Virus record (IMG/VR): IMGVR_UViG_3300017986_004441
Span: 17,285-81,284 of that record
Length of the DNA: 64,000 bases
Strand: one strand, 5' to 3'
Source: a virus
The notes beneath the pieces are model-generated. The model saw only the letters and a list, made by a program, of their open reading frames with translations, had not been told where the DNA came from and searched no databases. The position numbers and the translations under genes are program-made. Positions within the stretch are counted from its first letter, which is position 1. Each line of letters opens with the position of its first letter. Shown here piece after piece: positions 1 through 9,900 of the stretch.

Positions 1-1977
1 CAAGAAATAGTATATACAGTTTATCACCAGACAACCCTAGATAAGGCTGTTATATCTTTTATATTAAAAGATTTAGAAACTGGAGAAATTACTAAAGAAA
101 CAAGAATTGTTAAGTGTGGCAATAAAATAGAATGTGATAAGCCCAGAGTAGACTGTGTTGATCATAATATCAAATGCATAGAACAAAACCCAGATGGTTC
201 TTTTTCTCTTTATGTCGCGCTAGATCCTGTCCCTAATAGCAATATAGAAGACTATTACTATTATGTAAGAGACAACAAGTGTTGCTTCGTGCAGGAGTCA
301 ATAAATGATGGAGAATGGAAGGAGTCCAATGTCTTATCTTGTGTTAATTCTATACCTTTGCCGCCTACGCCGACGCCCTCTATTACCACCACGCATACGC
401 CCACCAGCTCATCAACACCCGTACCTACTGTAACACCAACTCTTACACTAACCCTGACCCCATTTCCTACTATCACTCCGTCACCAACAAAAACTCCTAC
501 GCCCACGACAAGCCCACCAGTACTGCCTCCAATTACTGATTGTGAGGGTGTTATTTGTGTTGCTTTTATTGATGAAAATGCCAACAGTCCTTCGCGAACC
601 TCTTTTGGAGGCGAGTTTGGTTTATTCAGATCTGCATTTTCTAAGAGATTACTATTTGTTATGGATGTAAGCTGGACAGAAAATAATGGCAATGGCCAAA
701 TGTCATATCCTAGTAATTTTCTATCTGATTCTAGAGCTTTTAGCTACTATGACAAGACAGGAAGATATATACCAAGAGGAGGTAGCTCATCTTCTGTAGA
801 TGCATATCAGCTCATGCTGGATATGGTCAATGATACTGGAGATCAGCAAATTATAGACGATTTTCTTAATGCTACAGAACTGAGTCTTTTTGTTGATGAT
901 TCTGGAAGCATGCGGGAATCCCAGATTATAGCCACCAAAAATTTGCTTATTGAAACAATACAATCCAAGGGAATGACTTTAAGAGAAAATGTTGTTAATG
1001 GAAGTGAAAATGTGATATGTCCATTTATTACTACTAGCTGCTGCGGCTGGCATCCAGATGCCGAAACTCTAGCTGCTGGATGTGGGGTAGCGGTATGCGA
1101 TCCAAAACCTAGTAATACGCCCACTATGACACCGACTCCTACACAAACACCTGTGTTCTATAGACCTCCAAGGCCAGAATGTAATCCGGATCGCCTTCCA
1201 TTTATACCCAGTGGAATAACAAATGATGGCACTCCAGGACCAAGTAGGTTTGCGGTTTACAATGCGTCAGCCAACGGAACTGCAGTACTCAGATGGGATG
1301 GTTCTAATGCCATTTCGGAATATGTTGTAGAATATAGGCCTGACGGCGACGATTCATGGTATCTCGTTACAGCAGACTGTATATCTTATGACACAAGAAC
1401 AAATAGGGCATTCATCAAAGGACTAGATAGTTCTACCAGTTACGATTTTGCTATCGCATACCTTAACTCTTCTACAGTCAGTGACTTTTCTATATATAAA
1501 AACTTTAATCCAAGCACGTCTGCTGCAGAGCCGTGCATCAAAAAGCCTCATGATTTACTGCCAGGTGAAATAATTGTTTCCACAGAATTCGTCGGAGATC
1601 AATATTATTATATCTTTAATGGCAAATCTTCCAGAGAACATTACTACTTAGTACAAGAAGGAGATTACGTTTTTGTAAATAACAATCCTCATCCGATTGC
1701 ATTTTTAAATCAAGGTAAGCCATTAGGATATATTGGTGATTATGTAGGTTTCAGACGGGCTGCTGATGGTAATATTTATAATTTCTATGATGGAAATGTA
1801 ACTGTTAATATTTCTGGAGATTTTGGTATTGTTTCATTTGAGTGTTTTTATCATGGTTATATGGGTGGCGAACAAGGATTAAGGTTCTATTGTAGTGAAG
1901 AAAGACAGCCATTGCCACCGGCATCTCCTCCACTCCTACTTGTTGATAATCTTAAAAGGCCTGATGATAATGAATAA
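1..1977 (+). CDS. Virion/tail-associated multidomain protein (Pro/Thr linkers, vWA-like, FN3, C-terminal cupredoxin-like domain); 5' partial
   Basis: Frame 1 is open from base 1 (QEIVYTVYHQ...), so the gene starts left of the window. It has PTPTP linkers, a MIDAS-like DDSGSM, an FN3-like 'LRWD...EYVVEYRP...IKGLDSSTSYDFAI', and C-terminal 'HPIAF...CFYHGYMGG'. Confidence 0.7.
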   Translation, partial: QEIVYTVYHQTTLDKAVISFILKDLETGEITKETRIVKCGNKIECDKPRVDCVDHNIKCIEQNPDGSFSLYVALDPVPNSNIEDYYYYVRDNKCCFVQESINDGEWKESNVLSCVNSIPLPPTPTPSITTTHTPTSSSTPVPTVTPTLTLTLTPFPTITPSPTKTPTPTTSPPVLPPITDCEGVICVAFIDENANSPSRTSFGGEFGLFRSAFSKRLLFVMDVSWTENNGNGQMSYPSNFLSDSRAFSYYDKTGRYIPRGGSSSSVDAYQLMLDMVNDTGDQQIIDDFLNATELSLFVDDSGSMRESQIIATKNLLIETIQSKGMTLRENVVNGSENVICPFITTSCCGWHPDAETLAAGCGVAVCDPKPSNTPTMTPTPTQTPVFYRPPRPECNPDRLPFIPSGITNDGTPGPSRFAVYNASANGTAVLRWDGSNAISEYVVEYRPDGDDSWYLVTADCISYDTRTNRAFIKGLDSSTSYDFAIAYLNSSTVSDFSIYKNFNPSTSAAEPCIKKPHDLLPGEIIVSTEFVGDQYYYIFNGKSSREHYYLVQEGDYVFVNNNPHPIAFLNQGKPLGYIGDYVGFRRAADGNIYNFYDGNVTVNISGDFGIVSFECFYHGYMGGEQGLRFYCSEERQPLPPASPPLLLVDNLKRPDDNE

Positions 1978-4966
1978 TTTTAATATACAGAATCATTTAG
2001 AAGATATACCAAACCAGATACAAAATTGTAGAGGCGAGCCGTTCATATCTCATTGCTTAGATCACGAAATATCAGTATCTAATAGCTTGGCGATTAATCC
2101 AAATATATGGAGTGATACAGGAATAGATTTGGCTACAGGCGATACTATTACTGTATTGATTAGAGGTTGCATATGTGAAGAGTCTACACAGCTATTAACA
2201 GAAAGCAATGAAGTCATTTCTCCGGAATCTGGTGGAAGCATTAGTGCTATGAACGATGGAAATTGTTCTGATGCTGTTGGCTTGGGTGATGGGTCTTTAA
2301 CTAATAAAGTTTTTGGGACAATACTTCCCCTGGGGATTAACCCAACATCGTCAAATCAGACAGATATTAGCCTATCTCCCAACACATCAGGACATGCGAA
2401 AATATATACAGCACCAAATACCGGTAGGCTATGGCTATCTTCATACTCTACCAATTATGATAATGACAACACCTTTTATTATTGTGTGTCTATTTCTGTT
2501 GATAGGGTGACACCAACACCAACCCCCACATCGACCCCAACCCCAACCATAACAAGCACATCAACACCAACGCCCACTACCACGACTACCAACACCCCTA
2601 CGTCAACACCTACACCTACCACATCTATTACTGCCACCCCAACTATAACGCCAACACATTCCCCAACACATTCTCCGACTTTGACCGCAACACCCACAGC
2701 AACACCTACGCCTACTATTCCTGATTGCAGCCAACAATACGATAGCATGGAAATTTATGACGGTATGATGGGAGAGATCGATTCGGCTGATCACTATTTG
2801 TATTTAGCCGACGGATATGCCGGTATTAAGGTCATAGATATACGTACTGATTCTACTTTGAGAACCATATCATATGTATTGAAAAATCAAAGTATCAATC
2901 TATTGTCCCTTTCCAATTTGTATCACAGACTTTATATACCAAGAGATAAAAAAATATCTATATACAATACAGTTAATATTAATTCTATAAGCTTTGTGTT
3001 AGATATCGATTTGTCTGCTATATTTACCAATGCTAATGAAACTTGCGTAGATATTAGGACCGATGACATCAATAGTCACTGTTATATAATTTCTAATTAT
3101 GGTAATTTTGTCATATTAGACACTTTAACAAATTCTGTATTAAATAGTATCTCATTGCATACTGCTCATTATTATGGCAAAAACTGTATAGACATAAATA
3201 ATGGATTTGTATATATTGCAACAAGAGGTGGTGCTAGTGCTAATATATATAAAATACAGCAAAATACAATCACAACATCCAATCTATCTATTATAACCAT
3301 ACTAGAAAATGATAATAGTTATGGATATTTATATCCGACTGATATTGCCATTATAGACGATTATATGTATATGGCCAGCACACTTGGTAATGTTTCAATT
3401 TTTGATATTGCAAATTTTGCATCGATATCTGTACTGAATACGAACGGCAATGCCAATCACATACTCAAGGATTGGGAAAACGATCATCTTTTTGTCTGTA
3501 ATTCTAGTTCTCCATTAGGTGTTTATGAATTAAATAATTTATCCAATCCAGAGCTTATAAGTACGATAGACAATGGATTATTATCTTCTAGAAATTCAGT
3601 TCTGTCTAGTAATGGTCGCATACTAGTCATTATTAATAGTCGAAATATACAGCTGATTAAAAACTGTATTACGACTTTCAGAACTACTCCAACACCAACC
3701 CCTACTACAACTACAACACCCAGCCTAACACCTAGCAACACACCCACACAGACACTTACTCCTACACTTACTCCTACAAATAGTGCCACCCCTACTCTTA
3801 CCCCCACAAATAGCGTTAGCGCAACCGTTACTCCCACAATTACTGTCACAAATAGCCAGACACCAACAAACACACCTACGCATAGTATCACTCCAACATT
3901 AACACCAACACAGTCTGTGACTGCATCAAATACTCCGACATTGACACCAACGCCCTCTATCACTCCGAGCATTACTCAAACTATCACCCCTAGTGTGACC
4001 CCAACATTAACTATCACACCCACAATCACAATGAGCTTGTCTGCAACAGCAACACCAACCCCAACTATTACTCTGACATCAACACCGACTACAACGCCTA
4101 TTCCAAGGCTGAATAGAGCTAATTATAATAATGCAGCAATTTGGAACGGCGTTAATGGTAATGTTACAACAGTAGGCACAAACGGAACGTCTAGTTTTTA
4201 TGGCACATATGATCAGTCTGGCCTATTATATGAATGGACCGATGGAATATTGTCGGGCTCCAAGGTTGTTAGAGGGGGTTATTACGGCAGTGCTTTTCAG
4301 GCGCTGTCTTTAGCATACAGAGCTAATACGGACGCTAGATATGGATATCCATATGTGGGATTTAGAATAGCTTGCCAAGAAAATGTAAATAGCTCATTAT
4401 TAGATTTAGTGACCGTTGGAGATATTGGTAATGCTAATCATATTAGTGGATTTGGCTCAGTAGGATACGGCTATAAGATAAGCAGCTACTTGATCACCAA
4501 TTCTCAGTATGTGCAATTTTTAAATTCTGTTGCCAATAATACGGATCCTCATATACTGTATAACAATATTATGTCGAGTGATGCTCGTGGTGGCATATTA
4601 AGATATGGTTCGTCAGGTAATTATACTTATGTCTATAAGCCCAACATGGGAGACAAACCTGTCAATTATGTTAGCTGGTTTAGTTGCGCAAGATACTGCA
4701 ATTGGATGCACCATAATGCACCTTCTGATATTGCAGAAAATCCTGATACAGTTACGGAATCGGGAGCTTATGAATTAAATGGTGCCATGTCGGGAATATT
4801 CAATAAAAATTCTTCAGCCATTTTCTATGTACCAAGCGAAGATGAATGGGTAAAATCAGGACATTATAATGCTTCTATTGGTGGATACAGGGCATATGCT
4901 ACCGGCTATGGATTAGCGCCCGCGCCTGTTAAGGCAGATGTCGATGGAGACGGCTCTTTTAATTAG
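1970..4966 (+). CDS. Tail-fibre/adhesin-like protein: Pro/Thr stalks, LVIVD-type beta-propeller, circularly permuted FGE-sulfatase (C-lectin fold) domain
   Basis: ATG at 1964 or 1970 overlaps the upstream gene end. Motifs: 'YLYLADGYAGIKVIDI' (propeller), two long PT tracts, 'YGTYDQSG..YEW', 'RGG...VGFRIA', 'VTVGDIGN', 'PVNYVSWFSCARYCNW', 'PSEDEWVK'. Confidence 0.75.
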   Translation: MNNFNIQNHLEDIPNQIQNCRGEPFISHCLDHEISVSNSLAINPNIWSDTGIDLATGDTITVLIRGCICEESTQLLTESNEVISPESGGSISAMNDGNCSDAVGLGDGSLTNKVFGTILPLGINPTSSNQTDISLSPNTSGHAKIYTAPNTGRLWLSSYSTNYDNDNTFYYCVSISVDRVTPTPTPTSTPTPTITSTSTPTPTTTTTNTPTSTPTPTTSITATPTITPTHSPTHSPTLTATPTATPTPTIPDCSQQYDSMEIYDGMMGEIDSADHYLYLADGYAGIKVIDIRTDSTLRTISYVLKNQSINLLSLSNLYHRLYIPRDKKISIYNTVNINSISFVLDIDLSAIFTNANETCVDIRTDDINSHCYIISNYGNFVILDTLTNSVLNSISLHTAHYYGKNCIDINNGFVYIATRGGASANIYKIQQNTITTSNLSIITILENDNSYGYLYPTDIAIIDDYMYMASTLGNVSIFDIANFASISVLNTNGNANHILKDWENDHLFVCNSSSPLGVYELNNLSNPELISTIDNGLLSSRNSVLSSNGRILVIINSRNIQLIKNCITTFRTTPTPTPTTTTTPSLTPSNTPTQTLTPTLTPTNSATPTLTPTNSVSATVTPTITVTNSQTPTNTPTHSITPTLTPTQSVTASNTPTLTPTPSITPSITQTITPSVTPTLTITPTITMSLSATATPTPTITLTSTPTTTPIPRLNRANYNNAAIWNGVNGNVTTVGTNGTSSFYGTYDQSGLLYEWTDGILSGSKVVRGGYYGSAFQALSLAYRANTDARYGYPYVGFRIACQENVNSSLLDLVTVGDIGNANHISGFGSVGYGYKISSYLITNSQYVQFLNSVANNTDPHILYNNIMSSDARGGILRYGSSGNYTYVYKPNMGDKPVNYVSWFSCARYCNWMHHNAPSDIAENPDTVTESGAYELNGAMSGIFNKNSSAIFYVPSEDEWVKSGHYNASIGGYRAYATGYGLAPAPVKADVDGDGSFN
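2506..2722 (+). repeat. Pro/Thr-rich low-complexity coding tract (mucin-like linker)
   Basis: ACN-CCN codon runs encoding VTPTPTPTSTPTP...; these also create the spurious antisense VG-rich ORFs. Confidence 0.9.
3683..4105 (+). repeat. Pro/Thr-rich low-complexity coding tract (~140 aa, TPT(L/N/I)TP units)
   Basis: Imperfect 12-24 nt units such as 'ttactcctacac' encoding TPTLTPTN. Confidence 0.9.
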
Positions 4967-4976
4967 GAAATAAAAT

Positions 4977-6929
4977 ATGGTATATAATAAATTTGAGACT
5001 CTACCTGAAGAAGTCGAAATCCTACAAAATATGGTCCTGCCTGACCCTAAGGTGATTATTGAATTTAACGGCTCCGGTATTCATACTATTGCGGGTCCTA
5101 CGCCACTGATATCTCTTTCTAGCAATTTCAACAGATCTGCAGTTGGCCAATTAGATAGTGTGGAAAGAAAAATAACTCTCGAAGGACAGATAGTTAGATC
5201 TGCTAGTAGAAACTTTACCAACGCTCCGTTACCGGAAAGTAGTGGTGTCAGAGGCTTGGTTTCTGCCCATGAACAGTTAAAATCTCTATTTTCAGAATGT
5301 AGTGCCGGAACAATTGCAATATATTGTGATGGTGATAAATTTTTTGAGAAACACAATGTTAGAGTAGATAGTATAGAATTTAGTTCTCAAAATAATTTTA
5401 CGCAAGTTGCCGATTATACTGTTAGCCTTAGTTTCTTTGAGTCGGGAGTGCATGGATTTTCAGTAAAGAATACTAGCGATGAGTGGAATATAGAACCTTT
5501 GGAAGATTATACCTATATTGATTTCCAAACTACGGTATCTAAAAAGGCCGAACAGCATAATCCTCATTTGAAACCCTTTCCGCCAGACAGATTTTTGCCC
5601 AATGCAGACAATCAACTTCAGATAGTCGACGTTCCGAGATATAAAATTACTAGAAAATTATCTGCTGCAGGACTACCCACAACAGGATCTAGCGGATGTA
5701 CCGATGCTGGCGTTAATGGTTCATACTTAGAAGCTAAGAGATGGGTTGCGTCAAAATTAGTTACTGCTTTTGACAATACTAATAATAGTAATTCTATTCT
5801 TAATAGTGGATTACCAGCATTTATTGAAACCCCCAATTATTCTTCTTTTACAAATACCTATTTGTATAATCATGTTAGGTCAATTAACTATAGCATTTCT
5901 GAAGGCACATATTCGGTTACAGAATCATGGCTTGCCATGCCAACAGGTATTAGATATACCGAATCTTTTGATATAGATATTGGTACCGATGAAAATTATG
6001 TGAAAACCGTCACAGTAAAAGGTGAGGTTCAAGGATTATATCTTAAGGATTTGGACACTATGATCGGTAGTGGCGGTACTGGTCTAGTGCCAAATGAGAA
6101 TAATATTATTAGCGTAGATTATGACAAATTATTGGACAATGATACACAAGGATCTGCTCCTGGTGGAGGCGCCAATATATCCATAAGTAAGAATATTTAT
6201 CAAAACGCTATGAGCGGATTTATATATGAAATTAAACCTTATATTTATAAAAGGGCTAGTATTGGAGTTAACGACAATTACTATAACCAATATTGGCATG
6301 ACCCAACCACTACTGACCCTAGATTAAATTCTAAAAATAACACACCTGGTAATGCTCCACAAATTAGAAATCCTACGTACACTAAAGAACCACAGCTTAA
6401 TATTATTCCAATCAGCACTTCGGAATCTCATAATATCAGAAAAGGATCGGTGAGCTATACCTACCAATTTAATAATAAAGCAAATATTGCCACAGGAGTT
6501 ATTAGCTCTAATATTACTATAGACACAACTTTTCCCAATGATGTATTTGCAGAATCTTTCGTACTAGGAAGACAGCTGGGTCCTGTTTTACAGGATCTTG
6601 GAACCATTACTACCGCCAAAAAAAGTATAAATATAGAAGTTAACGTTGTTCCGCCAAGAAGTCTGGACGGATATTTAATGGATAATGTTAATTGTCCTTT
6701 ATATACTGGAGGAAATATTTTTAGTACAATTACCGGTATTGCCGAAGCCCTAAAGCCATATGGTGACAAACCAGCCCATCTCGGTTTCACAAACAATGTT
6801 AATGACGCAGGAAAAGTATTTGTTGTAGGTAATCAAGAAAGTTGGAACCCTATTCAGGGCAAATATAATTTACAGCTATCGTATGCTTACCAACCATGTA
6901 AATTAGGAAGATCTTTTAGGGATACATAA
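4977..6929 (+). CDS. Putative virion structural (tail/baseplate) protein
   Basis: 650 aa, beta-strand-rich and co-oriented with the tail block. It overlaps the next gene by TAATG and shows no enzyme motif. Confidence 0.55.
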   Translation: MVYNKFETLPEEVEILQNMVLPDPKVIIEFNGSGIHTIAGPTPLISLSSNFNRSAVGQLDSVERKITLEGQIVRSASRNFTNAPLPESSGVRGLVSAHEQLKSLFSECSAGTIAIYCDGDKFFEKHNVRVDSIEFSSQNNFTQVADYTVSLSFFESGVHGFSVKNTSDEWNIEPLEDYTYIDFQTTVSKKAEQHNPHLKPFPPDRFLPNADNQLQIVDVPRYKITRKLSAAGLPTTGSSGCTDAGVNGSYLEAKRWVASKLVTAFDNTNNSNSILNSGLPAFIETPNYSSFTNTYLYNHVRSINYSISEGTYSVTESWLAMPTGIRYTESFDIDIGTDENYVKTVTVKGEVQGLYLKDLDTMIGSGGTGLVPNENNIISVDYDKLLDNDTQGSAPGGGANISISKNIYQNAMSGFIYEIKPYIYKRASIGVNDNYYNQYWHDPTTTDPRLNSKNNTPGNAPQIRNPTYTKEPQLNIIPISTSESHNIRKGSVSYTYQFNNKANIATGVISSNITIDTTFPNDVFAESFVLGRQLGPVLQDLGTITTAKKSINIEVNVVPPRSLDGYLMDNVNCPLYTGGNIFSTITGIAEALKPYGDKPAHLGFTNNVNDAGKVFVVGNQESWNPIQGKYNLQLSYAYQPCKLGRSFRDT

Positions 6930-9900
6930 TGCCAACTCAACCATGTAATAATGAAAAGAAAATAGCTCAAACATTATTCCTTGGTGCTAGTGTTGCTAAT
7001 TTTAATACTAGTCTAGGATGGGGGTCTCAGCCTTCACAACTCACCGTTAACCTAATAGAAGATAAGGTCTCACCATTCTGCGACAAATACGGACAGCCGA
7101 TAGCTTCCCAATTTCCTGCATACAAGGGAAAGATTATTCCTAATCACTATCATGATTGTTTAGGTGACGATTGTTATATGATAGCGGATGGTTCGCCGTT
7201 TGATTCATCTAAACATGCATATTCTGACAGGTTAACATTAGGAAAAGTCTATTATAAGATATATAATAATCCTCCGGTTTTCCCTAAAAGCAATAAAAGC
7301 AATTGCGTATTGTCTGAATACTGGTTTAATCCAGATCCAGGATTTATAGGCATTCAGAATAGATTAAATCTAGACGGATCATATCTAAATATCTATGAGC
7401 CACTAAATCAGAATCTTAATCCTGGTTATGATATTATCAACTGTCCTGTATTTTTTAAGGTTGGAGACTTTTCTTTTGGAGGGATGGTGCAGTCCTGGAG
7501 TAGAAGCCAGAGTAATTCTGGGGATGTGATTACTGTTAATATCAACGATATGAAATCCGTTTTGTCCAATTGTTATATTATTCTGGATAAATTTTCAGGG
7601 GCAGTATATAGTAAAGTAAAAGACGCTTTAAATTTTTATGGTGGGCCCAGAAATTGGGCTGGTGATCAGGTAGATTATTTTGGAAGATTATATCATGGTA
7701 ATGTTCCCAATGTTTTCAATATTTATGGATTCTTGGAATCTTTCGGCACTGCTGGTTTTGGCGGATCTAATAAAAATAAGAATGGGATATCTGTTAATAG
7801 TATTGTAGATGCCTTAAGTGTTTTATCTAGCAATATTCCCATACAGAATGATTTATTTCAATCGTTGCAGGCCGGTTATGCCCCCAAAAGCGCCTTCTCT
7901 CCTTTTTGTAGAATATTGACAAAAACCCCCCAAACATCCGATACGTTTCAAAATATTTCTTCTTCTTTTAATACTTTTGGTATTATTCCCCCGACACTTA
8001 ATTTCTCCGATAATGTCGATAGGTGTCAATTTGTTTTAGACCTGAGTGAACTTCCTAGATTTTCAGCTAATTTTAGATTAGCCGATCCTGTTATATCTAT
8101 TACAGATTTTATTTCTAGAATATGTGAAGAATCTGGAAATGATTTTCTTGTTGATATGCACCCAATAGTTCTAAACGGATCTAATTATAATGTTATTAAA
8201 ATAAAGCTTGTATCGAGAAACTCTCAGCCTTCTCCCATACAGATTGAAAGCAGTGTCAACCAATTATTGTGTGATGGATATAATGTTTCTTCTGCAACTT
8301 ACGGAAAAGAAAAAAATGAAACAAATTTAAAAAGCATTGTGGTAGGAGCCAACCAACAGAGACTATTACAAATCAGATCTAATAGGCTGGCATATACTCA
8401 AACCAATTTGGTTTTTAACAGTAGAACAATGGAATTTGTAAATTATGACACCCTTGGAAACAGCCCTACCTCTACATACAGATTTCATCATGGACAATAC
8501 AGGTTCCCATCTGCATTTTCTACCAACAATCCAGATTTATCCAAACAAATCAACCCAAACCAATCTGATCTATATGACTCTAATGAGGTTATTTCAAATA
8601 CAATAGCAAAAAATGATTTTAGCAGTATAGACACTAAATACAGGGATCCTATTTCTGCTCCTAATCCACAAAATTGCGGCAACTATTATAGCACAATTAA
8701 TATTCCACAGTCTGTACCTGTAGAATCTAATGATCCTGGTAATTATTGGTCTTTTAACAGTGGTGATGTACTTGGTAAGACTTTAAGATTTTTCCCTATG
8801 TTTAAGGATGCGATATGTCCCTTTTTTGGATTTGTTAGAGATGAAGAAGTAAAAATAGACACATCTCAAAAAAATACAGATTATAGAAAAATCAGGCCTG
8901 TCTATTTGGATACTTGGACAGGTCAGATTTGTGTTTTGCTACAGGTGCATGAATTTCCGCAGATTAGTTTGGACATTATTCCTACAATAGTATCTAATGG
9001 TAAAGGCTATATATTAATTAGCGAAAGTGAAATTAGGGCTGCTTTGGCTGGATTTGATAATTTTTTAGTTTATTGTTTAGCGAAACAATATAGGCCCGAT
9101 TTGCTAGAGTCTGTTAGACTTGGACATCAGCAAAAATATTACAATAAATTATTATCTGAAGGAATTGCCCCAGCAAAAGCTTTAGATATGGCCAAGAAAA
9201 AATATGACTGGTTCTGGAGGCAAGTACATGGAAATATCGCTGGTCCTTTCGGTCAACCAGTGGAGATAGCACCCGCCAAAAATGATGGAGCTAGCTATAT
9301 AGATCAAAAGGCAATGCAGGATTTGCAAATTTTACATCAATTTGTAAACCAGATAGGATCATATTATGGTAAGCAGTATATGGTTTCTTTACCTAATTTA
9401 GAGAGCTATAAGGATTCACAATATTCAGGAATTTCTTTACCTACTGCCGCCGGTGACTGTTATGTATTTAGTGGAGATGGTGATGTATACTACAACTATG
9501 AGCCAGTCTCAGAAGGAGCCTGGGAAGAACCTGGCAATATCATTGACGATGCTATTGCTGTAGGCGGCAATAATTACTATGCTTTGTCTGAACAAGATGG
9601 CAGGATTGGGACAATACTAGGATATAATACTAACAAATATTTTGACTACACTAAGGCAGAAATGTGTAAATTTGCACAAAATTTGTATAACAATAACTTA
9701 GCCGCATTGGATGATCAAAAAATAAATCCGGCCTGGAGTTACCAAATTTTTGATGAAATACTGAATATTAGAGAAACCAGCTGTCCCGAAGGCGGCTTTA
9801 TATATAATAACGTCAATATTTCTGCATTACCAACAACCGATTATGTTACAACAACTTCTCCAGGTTCCACTCAAGCAAAAGACGCTTGGTCCTATAATAT

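Noticed and set aside
261-3972. Antisense Val/Gly-rich ORFs (261-692, 2479-2748, 3523-3972) and the poly-Gly ORF 21202-21471
   Set aside because: They are mirror images of the PT and polyproline codon tracts on the coding strand.
4260-4375. Possible DGR variable region in the CLec-fold genes
   Set aside because: No reverse transcriptase and no adenine-mismatched template repeat was seen. The two FGE copies are too diverged and the loop is internal. A DGR elsewhere in the genome cannot be excluded.
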